Shown here one piece after another: positions 41,706 through 51,264 of a stretch of 64,000 bases of DNA (position 1 is the first letter of the stretch; every line of letters begins with the position of its first letter). Origin of the DNA: Candidatus Woesearchaeota archaeon (GTDB lineage: Archaea > Nanobdellota > Nanobdellia > Woesearchaeales > UBA525); NCBI GenBank assembly GCA_028818155.1, contig JAPPOH010000005.1:29943-93942 (forward strand). The letters are read 5' to 3'. A program made the position numbers and the translations under genes. The notes under the pieces are model-generated. The model worked only from the letters and a program-made list of their open reading frames with translations. It made no database searches and had not been told where the DNA came from.

Positions 41706-41803
41706 TATTATAGCATTTCTGCTATGATATTATAGCTTTTGTTTATAAAGGTCTTTATAAGAGTTGTGCCTGTTGCGCGTATTATAGTAAAAAAGCTATA
41801 ATA
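41706..41803. promoter_or_regulatory. Divergent promoter region with repeated palindromic operators
   Basis: TATTATAGC-N6-GCTATGATA (41706-41729), half-site TATTATAGC (41728-41736), TTATAAAG-gt-CTTTATAA (41743-41760) and TATTATAGT-N6-GCTATAATA (41780-41803). Confidence 0.75.
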
Positions 41804-41850
41804 AGGTTGTGGTCGAAAAGCTTAAATATCATCACTCAAGAGTAGTGTAT

Positions 41851-42552
41851 ATGTCGTCTTCACGAGAAAGAGCCGAAGCACTCATGGAACAATTGCGACC
41901 GAAAGGAAGAGCTATGGGAGAAGAAGCGCTTCGCAATAGAGATCTTACAGGACTCCTCAACGCAGAGCTTCTTGTTCGAGATTCATATTCTCTCGATAAC
42001 GTAGCGTGGGTATTTGACTTAGGCTCAGATTACGACAGGTATTCAGCAGACGACTACATTAGCGACAGGCTCAAAGAAACTCAACATGGAGAGACCGCGA
42101 CAGCAGCTCTCGAATTGTATGGTTCTCTTCCAGCAGGAAACACAGCTCTTGCTCTTAAACAAACATCCGATGGCAAGTACGTCGCCCTGGGACGCTTTCC
42201 GAAAGGGACAAAAATACTGCATCCAAATTGGCGAGATCGAGAGGGCTATGTGTATCTCGACTCACCAAAAGAGGAATATGTTCTATTCGTGCCAACAAGT
42301 GGCTGTACAAAAAGAGCGTGCGAACTTCTCACACAATTGAATGAGCAAACACATACGCGTGACCCTCTCGGAGTTAATGATGTCCAGAACGAACTCTCAG
42401 GTGGTGAAGTTCTTACAGTATTACAGTTTTCAGGTACGACAGCACGGGAAGCATGGGACTATCTCCATGCAGGAGTCGCCGGTGTATTCGATAACAGTTC
42501 TTCAGGAGAAGATATACAGAGATACAGGATTCCTTCTGAAATGTTTAGATGA
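41851..42552 (+). CDS. Hypothetical protein
   Basis: Long ORF with a TATA-like TTAAATA about 29 bp upstream of ATG 41851. No family recognised. Confidence 0.7.
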   Translation: MSSSRERAEALMEQLRPKGRAMGEEALRNRDLTGLLNAELLVRDSYSLDNVAWVFDLGSDYDRYSADDYISDRLKETQHGETATAALELYGSLPAGNTALALKQTSDGKYVALGRFPKGTKILHPNWRDREGYVYLDSPKEEYVLFVPTSGCTKRACELLTQLNEQTHTRDPLGVNDVQNELSGGEVLTVLQFSGTTAREAWDYLHAGVAGVFDNSSSGEDIQRYRIPSEMFR

Positions 42553-42726
42553 TCACCATTCCATCATCATTCCTAGCTTTGCCTAGAAAGATTCGAGATC
42601 TTCATTTTTTACATTCGGGATGATGTCGAATCAATCAAATCTCTCAAGAAAATCAAGAACTTCAGTATCGCCTGCTTTAGTTGCCGCATCTTGGATTCTT
42701 GCAATCATATTTGGTCTGTCAAACCA

Positions 42727-43857
42727 CTACCGCTCAATTTCTCCTCGTTGGGTTAATTCATACGTGCTCCCAAAACCCATATGGAGACTCAACATAACCT
42801 CTCTATATCCACCACTTTCAATTGCATCGTGCATCTGCGTAACAAGCGCCTCTCCAAGGTCATATGCATCGACACCATACATTTTCTCGTAAGTGCGTAT
42901 GCCTCTATCAAGTCCAACAAAACCTCTGTCACTTACATGCTCAATTGCATCCGTGACATAGTCTCTCACTTCGTCGTGGAGATCGAAAACATCATACCCT
43001 GCTTCTGCTGAATACTTGAGGAAATCATCTAAGCTCGATATATTGTGATTATTAAGTGCTGTCCGTTCTATATCGACGTGCATGTACGGATCCTTCTCAC
43101 CACGTAACGCCTCCAAAAAGTCAATCGCATTGTGTGCCCAACTCAGGTTTCCATTATTGGCGAGCGAATCCACCCATGACGTAACGGAATCAATGTACTG
43201 TTTTGCGGTGTCGCTCGTAGTTTCGATGAGATATTGTACAGTATCTCTCAGATCTTGCACGTCAACAATACTTCCATCCATCGCGCTGAGGACTTCTTCA
43301 CGAAGGAACGGTGTCCAAGCATCTGCTGTGCCATGAAGTTTCATCTCTTCTATTGCGTATGCGAACTTACGATCTGCCATGGCTTTCTCTACAACTTGGT
43401 TCGAGAGTTCATTAGGAACTGCGGCATGCTTTCTGAGGAGTTGCAATGCCTCTGCAACCTTGCTGTAATTCGGTGCAGGAACATCCATCATGATCTTCCG
43501 TTCCAAGCTGCGATGAATCGACTCTGTCAGTTCACTTGCATACCCTGCAGGATCTTCTCCAAAAAGCGCAGCCTGATGTTCGAGTCGAGAACCTACATAG
43601 GTAATGATTGTATCTTCATTTGCTATAGCATCGAGAATCTCGCGCTGCCACGTGCCAAAGTGTGCTTGGGTAGGAAGATTGCATGCCTGGAGCCGTTTCA
43701 GCGCTGCGATTTTACTCGGTGTACTGGCAATGCCAGATCGTTCACTCACTCCTTTATCGAGTGCTACAGGATCACAGCGTTCTTGCGCATACAGTCCGAG
43801 AGGTGTGAGTAGCGTGGCGAGCGTGCTCAGTACTACCTTCGAAAAGAGTCTCCGCAT
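42727..43857 (-). CDS. Secreted alpha-helical hypothetical protein (possibly truncated by a premature TAG)
   Basis: Signal peptide MRRLFSKVVLSTLATLLTPLGLYA. The frame stays open for 31 codons after the TAG. Confidence 0.75.
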   Translation of the reverse strand: MRRLFSKVVLSTLATLLTPLGLYAQERCDPVALDKGVSERSGIASTPSKIAALKRLQACNLPTQAHFGTWQREILDAIANEDTIITYVGSRLEHQAALFGEDPAGYASELTESIHRSLERKIMMDVPAPNYSKVAEALQLLRKHAAVPNELSNQVVEKAMADRKFAYAIEEMKLHGTADAWTPFLREEVLSAMDGSIVDVQDLRDTVQYLIETTSDTAKQYIDSVTSWVDSLANNGNLSWAHNAIDFLEALRGEKDPYMHVDIERTALNNHNISSLDDFLKYSAEAGYDVFDLHDEVRDYVTDAIEHVSDRGFVGLDRGIRTYEKMYGVDAYDLGEALVTQMHDAIESGGYREVMLSLHMGFGSTYELTQRGEIER

Positions 43858-43960
43858 AGCAGAGTTACAGAGGAGTAACTTATAAAGTTTTCTTTTTTTG
43901 TTACTTATAAGTGGCAATATTTAGAAATTTTTATAAAGGTACACCAAATCACGTAGTGCA

Positions 43961-45121
43961 ATGCCTCACTCCGTCGTCGTCACGTTCGATCCAGATCGAT
44001 ACCGAGACAATTCCGCAAGTCACATAGTACACGCTTTAAGAAGAAACCACGAATTTTCTGTTGACAAACTCACATTTCGCTCGAGAAGCGAGCTAGAAGC
44101 TTCACAAGAACGGCACAAAGAGACGCTCGCTGCTGCAGACGTTATTGTACACAACAGTTTTCTCTTATATGAACAAGCAAGAGCTGAAGTGATGGGCATT
44201 CACGACGAACACAACGCATTCCATGCAGTACTCAACGAGGAGATCAGCGGCATCGCGGCTGCTGGAACCTCTATAGTACTTTCCTACAATGCAAACCTCG
44301 GTGATTCGGACGCACGTGCAGCAGGGATTCCAACAGTGCCGAAGATATCTGTTGATGCATGGAAACAGGATCCGTTTTACCCAGCAGTGTTCAGACACAA
44401 AGGATCTTGGAAAGGAAAAGGTATTTTTTGTATCGACAACTATGATCAGTTCGAGCGCCTACTTGATGAGGGGTATTTTCAACGTCAACCTCGACGTTGG
44501 CGTAAACAAGCTTCACGACTTGACCCAGATGATATCGATGTGATGCGAATGATCGACACACCGAGCGATTTTTTCACACATTACCGGGTTTTCACTGCAG
44601 GAAATGGAGAAATCCTTGGCGCAGTGCTTTCGTATTCAGCCCAGAAGAAGAACGCAGGCGAAACAGTGACTGGCATATCAGGCATTTTAGGCCCAGATTG
44701 GACTCAAGCATATTTCACTCCAAGAAGTCCATTTTATCTAGGATTGCGCAAGATCACTTCGAACAGCAGTACTGGTGGCAGACAAATTACATTGGATCCG
44801 ACAAGCGACGCAAGATGTATTACACAGCTAGAAGAACAGATATTGGAGGATCATGGTGTAGTGGATCAAAAACTGCCTGGTGATCTTCGAGGATACGCTT
44901 TAGCAATCGCGAGACTATACGCTCCTTCCGGAGGGTATGCTTTGGGCATCGATTTCTTCCAAGAGAGAGAAACGAAAATGCTTGGGGAAGTGAACTTAAG
45001 TCCTGGGAGTCGCATCTTCTCAACGTTGTTCAACAATGGAAGACATCATGAAGACACTGCTCGTCGCATCGGGGGAGAGAAAATCGCAGAGGCGATGTAC
45101 AGACAACTACATGCCGCTTAG
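43961..45121 (+). CDS. Divergent ATP-grasp fold protein (RimK-like)
   Basis: 'AAGIPTVP', 'YPAVFRHKGSWKGKGIFCID', 'YRVF', 'GIDFF...LGEVNLSPG' follow the ATP-grasp motif order. Confidence 0.7.
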   Translation: MPHSVVVTFDPDRYRDNSASHIVHALRRNHEFSVDKLTFRSRSELEASQERHKETLAAADVIVHNSFLLYEQARAEVMGIHDEHNAFHAVLNEEISGIAAAGTSIVLSYNANLGDSDARAAGIPTVPKISVDAWKQDPFYPAVFRHKGSWKGKGIFCIDNYDQFERLLDEGYFQRQPRRWRKQASRLDPDDIDVMRMIDTPSDFFTHYRVFTAGNGEILGAVLSYSAQKKNAGETVTGISGILGPDWTQAYFTPRSPFYLGLRKITSNSSTGGRQITLDPTSDARCITQLEEQILEDHGVVDQKLPGDLRGYALAIARLYAPSGGYALGIDFFQERETKMLGEVNLSPGSRIFSTLFNNGRHHEDTARRIGGEKIAEAMYRQLHAA

Positions 45122-45185
45122 AGTATTTAACCCAGTCTAGCAAGTTCTTCTTAGGTGCTCACATTGCATCATGTTCCTAGAACAG

Positions 45186-45473
45186 CTAGAATTCAAATCC
45201 GAGGATGTTCATAATGAATTCATCTATTTCCTTCAACTTCTCTTTGTTGAGGGAGACTTGCAAGCCATACGAGGTTGGTTTTGTGAGAAGCAGTTGCTCT
45301 TTCACCAACGCTTTCGCTACATTTTTGACGTCTTTCTTCGCATGAGCAGGAAACCCTTTCTTCAGCGTGTCAAAATGTGTGTGTACGCCACCCAGCACTT
45401 TTTTTCTGCGTAAGTTGTACAGAATAGTTGCCCTTACCTTATCCTCGTTGTTCATGAGAATGGGGAATAGCAT
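45186..45473 (-). CDS. Small basic hypothetical protein (winged-helix/toxin-like)
   Basis: 95-aa Lys-rich ORF 'LRRKKVLGGVHTHFDTLKKGFP', divergent from a wHTH gene. Confidence 0.65.
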   Translation of the reverse strand: MLFPILMNNEDKVRATILYNLRRKKVLGGVHTHFDTLKKGFPAHAKKDVKNVAKALVKEQLLLTKPTSYGLQVSLNKEKLKEIDEFIMNILGFEF

Positions 45474-45555
45474 TGAATATTTGAATGTTTCTAAAATTGA
45501 AATTTAAAAACAATAATCGAAACATTTATTAATCTACGAAGATACACTCATTGTT

Positions 45556-45861
45556 ATGAAAACGGAAACAATATTCGTGGAAGTATTTGGGCGTAGCCCA
45601 CTCATGAAGGTGCTGGACTTCCTCATTACGTATCAACTCTACGATTATCCATTAACTGAAATTGCAAAGAATGCGGGTGTCAGTTATTCAACACTCCAGA
45701 CATTCTGGAATAACTTAGTGAAGAATAACATTGTTGTCAAAACGAGAAGAGTGGGGAAATCAGACTTGTATATGCTCAATACAGACAATCCTGCAGTACA
45801 ACAACTCTTAAAACTCGACTGGAACCTCATACAAGGGGTTGAAGAACCTATTGCTGCTTGA
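45556..45861 (+). CDS. Winged helix-turn-helix protein (ArsR/MarR-like)
   Basis: 'DYPLTEIAKNAGVSYSTL...LVKNNIVVKTRRVGKSDLYMLN'. Confidence 0.85.
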   Translation: MKTETIFVEVFGRSPLMKVLDFLITYQLYDYPLTEIAKNAGVSYSTLQTFWNNLVKNNIVVKTRRVGKSDLYMLNTDNPAVQQLLKLDWNLIQGVEEPIAA

Positions 45862-45924
45862 TTCTCTCAAATTTCTCTTGAATTTCTTCTACCGCATATT
45901 CTTCCGCTTTTTTCGAGAGTGCTT

Positions 45925-46326
45925 TCACCATTCCATCATCACTTTTCTCTTCGCGAGCGGCGTGATGGCAACTTGCCGCTTCTTCAATCCTTTCGTCAGT
46001 TCTTTTGGGAGCCTCAGTGTAAAATTATCACCATCAAACGAGAGTTTTCTCGTGAATGAGAAGGATGTTTTCTCAAGTGCACGCTTCACTTCTAATGCAG
46101 TGTCAAGCTTCTGCGCCTCATCGAAACCGAGTAATTCTCTCTTACACTTCGGACAACGGAACACCTTGATCGTAAGTGTTATTCCTCCAGACAGAGGATA
46201 ATTTTTTGCAACAAGCTTCATTTTTCTATTATCTTTGCCACAGTATGTTGTTCCCTTCGATGTAAATGCGTCTTTCGAGAATTCGACATCCACACCTTCC
46301 AATTTTTCTAGATCGATGTTTTTCAT
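45925..46326 (-). CDS. Putative antitoxin: zinc-ribbon (YgiT/MqsA-like) plus AbrB/MazE-like domain
   Basis: 'YCGKD...FRCPKC' zinc-ribbon-like segment and 'RKLSFDGDNFTLRLPKEL' AbrB-like C-terminus. ATGA overlap with the upstream toxin-like gene. Confidence 0.65.
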   Translation of the reverse strand: MKNIDLEKLEGVDVEFSKDAFTSKGTTYCGKDNRKMKLVAKNYPLSGGITLTIKVFRCPKCKRELLGFDEAQKLDTALEVKRALEKTSFSFTRKLSFDGDNFTLRLPKELTKGLKKRQVAITPLAKRKVMMEW

Positions 46327-46583
46327 TTTCGTTTGTAATGCTTGATTTGTTTCTTGTCTGATGGGTACGCAGTAGTTATCTGAGCCTTTCTTTTTCTGAG
46401 GGTGAAGAAGATGGTAACGAATCGCGCTGCACAACCAATCGCAACAAGTTGCCGTCCACCAACTTTTTTGAAGATTGGTGCATCATAGTGCAGCACAGAT
46501 ACGATCTCTGCTGCTGAGATGCCATGCTTCTTCTCAACTTTCTCAAGGATATGGGGCTCGATCCGCACGTGATCAATCTTCAT
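46323..46583 (-). CDS. BrnT/DUF4258-like toxin
   Basis: 'EKVEKKHGISAAEI...VAIG...FVTIFF...AQITTAYPSDKKQIKHY' matches the BrnT pattern. Confidence 0.75.
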   Translation of the reverse strand: MKIDHVRIEPHILEKVEKKHGISAAEIVSVLHYDAPIFKKVGGRQLVAIGCAARFVTIFFTLRKRKAQITTAYPSDKKQIKHYKRK

Positions 46584-46708
46584 ACCCTACTATTTTCGTA
46601 AGGTTTTCTATATATAAATCTTACGATTCCTCTCGAAGTCATAGAAGATGGAAATCTCACTGCAATTAAATAGTTTGTGGCCGCACATGTCCAGTGGAAG
46701 AATAAAAA

Positions 46709-47092
46709 TCAACTCGCGAGCGCCTGCACGAGCGGACTCATTTTCTCGTATGCAGGGATCGTGAGTTTTTCAGTTATCGCAGTGTTCTCTTTGTACATGA
46801 CGAGTGTCAGAATCAAATAATTTCTCCAATTGGTGAAATGCACCTGCACACGATCGATCTCTCTGAGTAATTTCTTTGTACTGATGTTCCCTGAGCCAAG
46901 GTACTTGAAAAAACGAGATGCTTGCCATATCTCGACAGCGACAAGCTGTTGATTCTTATCGATGTCAAGGTGGAAATTATCTTGAACTTCTATACTCTCG
47001 CTCGATGTGCGCTTCGGGTTGCCTATGAAGAGGATGTCATCTTCATAGTTGTAGAGCCATGTGTATGCCATATTCATTGTTGCTTCCTCCAT
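46709..47092 (-). CDS. DUF2283-domain protein
   Basis: 'YNYEDDILFI...SIEV.DNFHLDID....LVAVEIWQAS'. Confidence 0.75.
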   Translation of the reverse strand: MEEATMNMAYTWLYNYEDDILFIGNPKRTSSESIEVQDNFHLDIDKNQQLVAVEIWQASRFFKYLGSGNISTKKLLREIDRVQVHFTNWRNYLILTLVMYKENTAITEKLTIPAYEKMSPLVQALAS

Positions 47093-47117
47093 CTTTTTAA
47101 TGTTTTTGCGCCAATTT

Positions 47118-48110
47118 TCATTGCATACATGCTGGAAAATACGTGTACGTGTGCTCTCGCAGAATCATTAACAATTCGTGTCGCTTGAGCACTGTTTTCA
47201 ATAAGCTTCTGAGCTCCATAAGCACATCGTTGAGCTCCATCCTCGTCTTGATCCTGAGCTCAATCTGAATGTCTGCCGTGCCAATCGTCTTGTAGAAGTA
47301 CGTGACGTTTGGGTGATTCAGAAGAAAACTGTTGAGTTGCTGCTCTAATGAAGGTGAGAGTTTTCCAAGTTGCAAGCTGACGAGGTACCAATTGTACCCG
47401 AGCTTTTTCGGCCAGACGTCTGGACGGTAGTTGATGATGATGCTTTCTTTTTCTAGACGTGCTAACCTGTATTTGAGAAAGTCTCTTGTGACATTGAGAT
47501 TCGCTGCTGCTGTCGCCAGTGGTATTCTCGCGTTGTTCGCGAGGAGACTGAGGAGTTTTGCGTCTGTTGCATCTACTGTTGCTTTCGCATCTGTTTGTTT
47601 GAGTGTGAAGACTGGATCCTCTTCAGTGTAGAGGAAGCTGAATGGCACAGCGTATTCTTCTGTGAGGAGGTTTCGTTCGTACGTATCAATGTATTCCTTG
47701 AATTCGTCTTCAATATCTTTCATGATCTCAACCATTTGCATACGATCCTTTGCGAAGAGTTTGAGAACAATATCATATGTGCCGATGCAGCGCACGAGCC
47801 ACGCGATGTGTGGATGGGTTTCTAGTTTTGTGAGGATTGCCTGTTCCGTTTCGATGTCGATGTTCCTGAGTTTTAGTGCGATGAGGTACATCTCCCAGCC
47901 GAGCTTCTTGACGTCGATGATGGTGTTGAAGCCTGTGAGGAACCCTTGTTGTTGGAGTCTCTTAATTCTGTATGCGACAGATTCTTTGCTGAGGCGGACG
48001 CTCTTTGCTATGCTTGCGTATGAAGCTCTTGCGTTCTTGAAGAGTGCTCGGAGAATTTTCTTATCTTTCTCGTCGAGCGGTCTCGCTAAGAGTGTTTCAT
48101 CAGGCTCCAT
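47118..48110 (-). CDS. Tandem (double) Lrp/AsnC family regulator
   Basis: Two 'LD..D.K(I/L)L..L..NAR' HTH plus RAM units ('IGTYDIVL', 'IGTADIQI'). Confidence 0.92.
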   Translation of the reverse strand: MEPDETLLARPLDEKDKKILRALFKNARASYASIAKSVRLSKESVAYRIKRLQQQGFLTGFNTIIDVKKLGWEMYLIALKLRNIDIETEQAILTKLETHPHIAWLVRCIGTYDIVLKLFAKDRMQMVEIMKDIEDEFKEYIDTYERNLLTEEYAVPFSFLYTEEDPVFTLKQTDAKATVDATDAKLLSLLANNARIPLATAAANLNVTRDFLKYRLARLEKESIIINYRPDVWPKKLGYNWYLVSLQLGKLSPSLEQQLNSFLLNHPNVTYFYKTIGTADIQIELRIKTRMELNDVLMELRSLLKTVLKRHELLMILREHTYTYFPACMQ

Positions 48111-48207
48111 ATGATTCGTAAATAGCTATTTTTTTATAAAATTTTTGCTATTTGATAGAAAATTTTAGAGATTATTTTATATTATACTACTGAATAGTGG
48201 TTTCGCA

Positions 48208-49080
48208 ATGAACTGGCAAGATATATTTGAAGAAGCTCAGGAGCATGCTGGCATTACACTTGATGAGATACTGCGCGTGCCAGAAAAACTACAGTATGTA
48301 TCCTGGAAAAAAGCGCGTGTCTCTCGGGATACGCTGCAACGATTGCAAGAGGAAGCACTCGCAGTGCCTATTCAAAACGGTGAAGTCGTTGTTATCGATT
48401 TCTCAGATCCAGAAAACATGTACAAGGGCCCTAAGGAAGAACGCGACCAATATCGTGACACAAATGCAATCTTCTTCCATACAAATGTGGACAAAGTAGT
48501 GGATGAAGAGACATTAATACAAGCACATGTGCATATGAAAAACTTAGGGGGCAGCGGCTATCATATTCACATCACGTCATTTGATATGCACCTCCTACCT
48601 GAGACATTCAGGGGGGTTACATCGCAATACTCAGAGAATTTCCCAACATGCGCTCCCACACCATTGGAAGCAGACATCGATGCAGATTACGCAAACATTA
48701 TGCAGCTCCTCCGTAGACAAGTTCCCGACTTCTGCATTCTTGGTGAAAGTGGAACGGGTAAGACGTGGTTGTTGCAACGTTTACTTCGTGATACGACACA
48801 GAGTAATGCATTCAGGGACTATAATCGAGCGTACTTTGACCTCGCAGCAACAAGCCCAGAGGAAGTACGAGACTACGCTGCAAAAGAAAGCCCTGATTTG
48901 TTGCTCGTTGATAATGCCACTGACTTGGGCACGTGCTTCGATAGAGGGGCTGCTCTGCTGGAGCAAAGGTCAGGCATTACGTCGAACATGCAAATCGTGT
49001 ACGCATCTACAGGAGTGTACGCACTTCGCGGTTGTATGCCATACAGGCTTGGTCCTGGTAGACTTGCCCGCGTTGATTGA
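48208..49080 (+). CDS. Hypothetical protein with C-terminal P-loop NTPase domain
   Basis: Walker A GESGTGKT and Walker B-like LLLVDN. Confidence 0.7.
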   Translation: MNWQDIFEEAQEHAGITLDEILRVPEKLQYVSWKKARVSRDTLQRLQEEALAVPIQNGEVVVIDFSDPENMYKGPKEERDQYRDTNAIFFHTNVDKVVDEETLIQAHVHMKNLGGSGYHIHITSFDMHLLPETFRGVTSQYSENFPTCAPTPLEADIDADYANIMQLLRRQVPDFCILGESGTGKTWLLQRLLRDTTQSNAFRDYNRAYFDLAATSPEEVRDYAAKESPDLLLVDNATDLGTCFDRGAALLEQRSGITSNMQIVYASTGVYALRGCMPYRLGPGRLARVD

Positions 49081-49089
49081 GGTGGGAGA

Positions 49090-49932
49090 ATGCAACAACT
49101 GGGTTTGGATGAGGCGACCACACGACTGGAGAAACTTCTTACCCAATACAAGGGGAACTATCGGTTAGCGGTCACATTTCTGCTCCGAGAACGCTTCACG
49201 GCGTCAGGACTTGAGTATTGGCAGCTCGCATCCGATGAGCCGCTCTCTCCAAGACATATAAGTGTAGAAACGTGCAAATGGTTCCTTGATCCGCTCCATC
49301 ACAGAATAACGGAAGAAATTGATTTCACTCGAGAACGCAAGCACGGCCTTTTTCGTCCAGGCTTCGTTGAGATGTGTGATCGTCTTAATATCGATGATGC
49401 GGGAACGCAGTATCTTCTCGGCATGTATCAAGACGGGGAGTTCTTTGGTGGAGAGCTAGGTATTGTTTCGTACGAAAGAGATCTTGCAATACGAAGACAG
49501 TTCAAGACAATCACATCAATCGGCCCTGAGATAGTTGAACTAAGAATCCCAGAGTATCTTGCTGAACTTAAGAGGAGAATGAGGAAACACGACCTAACAT
49601 ATACTATTCTCACACCCAACGAACAGCAAATAAAAGAACTCTACGACAGATTACGCGAGGACGGAGGATTCTTACCAACATTTCGTGGGATGGTAATGCC
49701 TTTAGAGATGCAAGAGACGCAGGTGTATTATGGCGATACCAGAAGGATAGCTCGTGTGCCGTGCTTTTCAGAACGGAGAAGCCCATACTGGGTGTATCGT
49801 ACTCCGTCAAAAGAGCTGCTCGCAACCGCACAACTCGCTGAGGGATTCTATACACACATGCAGAATGGGGGTAATCCTCTCACACTGGACGGAAAGCTCT
49901 TTGAGCACAGGGACTGGCCAGATTCTTTATAA
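49090..49932 (+). CDS. Hypothetical protein
   Basis: 280-aa ORF with a GAGGTG RBS, 9 bp after the previous gene. Confidence 0.7.
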   Translation: MQQLGLDEATTRLEKLLTQYKGNYRLAVTFLLRERFTASGLEYWQLASDEPLSPRHISVETCKWFLDPLHHRITEEIDFTRERKHGLFRPGFVEMCDRLNIDDAGTQYLLGMYQDGEFFGGELGIVSYERDLAIRRQFKTITSIGPEIVELRIPEYLAELKRRMRKHDLTYTILTPNEQQIKELYDRLREDGGFLPTFRGMVMPLEMQETQVYYGDTRRIARVPCFSERRSPYWVYRTPSKELLATAQLAEGFYTHMQNGGNPLTLDGKLFEHRDWPDSL

Positions 49933-50023
49933 ACACATTCGTCCCTCGAGCATACTCAGTCACCTCTCCAAAGTGATAAAAATCACAACCTTTATAAACT
50001 CCACAGTGATCCCATGTACTACA

Positions 50024-50836
50024 ATGAGCATCGTCCAAAAAGACTTCCTGAAGAAGATCAAGGATTTCGGCCTCAACAGTTACGAGGCAAAAATCTGGAC
50101 AGCACTCCTCTCACGAGGCATCTCCACCGCTGGAGAGCTGTCTGACATCGCAAATGTTCCACGATCACGATCGTATGACGTTCTTGAATCACTCGAGAAG
50201 AAGGGCTTCATTATCATGAAGATCGGCAAGCCAATCAAGTATATTGCTGTTGATCCAGATGAAGTCGTTGAACGAGTCAAGAAAAACGTGAAAGCAGAAT
50301 CTGAGAAACAGGTTGAAACGCTCGAAAGTATCAGAGAAAGCGACCTGCTCGATGAACTCAAGAGCTTACACAAAAATGGTGTTGAGATGGTCGATCCTTC
50401 AGAGATCACGGGCGCGCTCAAATCTCGACACAACGCATATGATCAAATCGATCAGATGATCAGGACAGCTGAGAAAGAACTCACACTCGTCACAACAGAG
50501 GAAGGTATCCTGCGAAAAGCAGATACGCACTTCCGAAGCTTGAAGAAAGCGCACGATCGTGGTGTGAAAATCAGCATCGCATGTCCCGTTACTGATAAGA
50601 ACAGGTCAACGATTTCCGATCTCCAAAGTATTGCAACAATCCGAGATGTCACAGTGCAAGCACGTCTTGTCATCGCTGACAACAAGGAAGTCTTGTTCAT
50701 GCTGCTTGATGATGACGCAGTCCACCCAACATATGACGTTGGTGTCTGGATTAACACACCATTCTTCGCAGCTGCTCTGATGGAGATGTTCTCACTCGTT
50801 TGGAAACAGGCGAAGGAAGTCAAAGTCAAGGTGTGA
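50024..50836 (+). CDS. trmB: TrmB-family regulator (TrmBL2-like)
   Basis: 'FGLNSYEAKIWTALL...TAGELSDIANVPRSRSYDVLESLEKKGF...GKPIKY' plus a PLD-like C-terminal domain. Real start is MSIVQK at 50024. Confidence 0.92.
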   Translation: MSIVQKDFLKKIKDFGLNSYEAKIWTALLSRGISTAGELSDIANVPRSRSYDVLESLEKKGFIIMKIGKPIKYIAVDPDEVVERVKKNVKAESEKQVETLESIRESDLLDELKSLHKNGVEMVDPSEITGALKSRHNAYDQIDQMIRTAEKELTLVTTEEGILRKADTHFRSLKKAHDRGVKISIACPVTDKNRSTISDLQSIATIRDVTVQARLVIADNKEVLFMLLDDDAVHPTYDVGVWINTPFFAAALMEMFSLVWKQAKEVKVKV

Positions 50837-50838
50837 GC

Positions 50839-51162
50839 ATGACTACCGCCGATGTAGCACTTCCTAGTGCAGATGCTGCACGTTCGAAAGGGCCAGTAAG
50901 AAGGTTTCTCGGTTCGTATGTCGAAGAAGGATGCACAGTAACACTAGAACAAAGTGGTTTTTTTCGACGGACAAACTACACAACGATAGATCATGATGGC
51001 AGACAACGAACAGAACAGCATCAAGAGCCAAATATTGTTGACCTTCTCGCTGTTCTTGCCGGAGGACTCGGCTTTTTTCAAAGGCGAGCAGAACGAGGAG
51101 CTGAGAGAATGCAATATACAGATAGATTCAGAGACGATGTTCTTCACGCAAATCAATACTAA
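50839..51162 (+). CDS. Hypothetical protein with a hydrophobic segment
   Basis: ATG 2 bp after the trmB stop, with a GGTGTGA RBS-like sequence. Confidence 0.5.
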   Translation: MTTADVALPSADAARSKGPVRRFLGSYVEEGCTVTLEQSGFFRRTNYTTIDHDGRQRTEQHQEPNIVDLLAVLAGGLGFFQRRAERGAERMQYTDRFRDDVLHANQY

Positions 51163-51264
51163 ACTCCTAGATACACAACACCTTTCTCTGTTTTGAAATC
51201 ATTCTCAGAACTTTGTGTGTCCATGACCAGTGGCTTTTTAAACAAACTCAAAACAAATTCTCAG

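Noticed and set aside
49754..50023. N-terminal extension of TrmB given by the ORF track (similarly for rpa, traB, cdc6, 45925 and 42727 genes)
   Set aside because: The extensions overlap upstream genes or promoters; homology or signal peptides begin at downstream ATGs.
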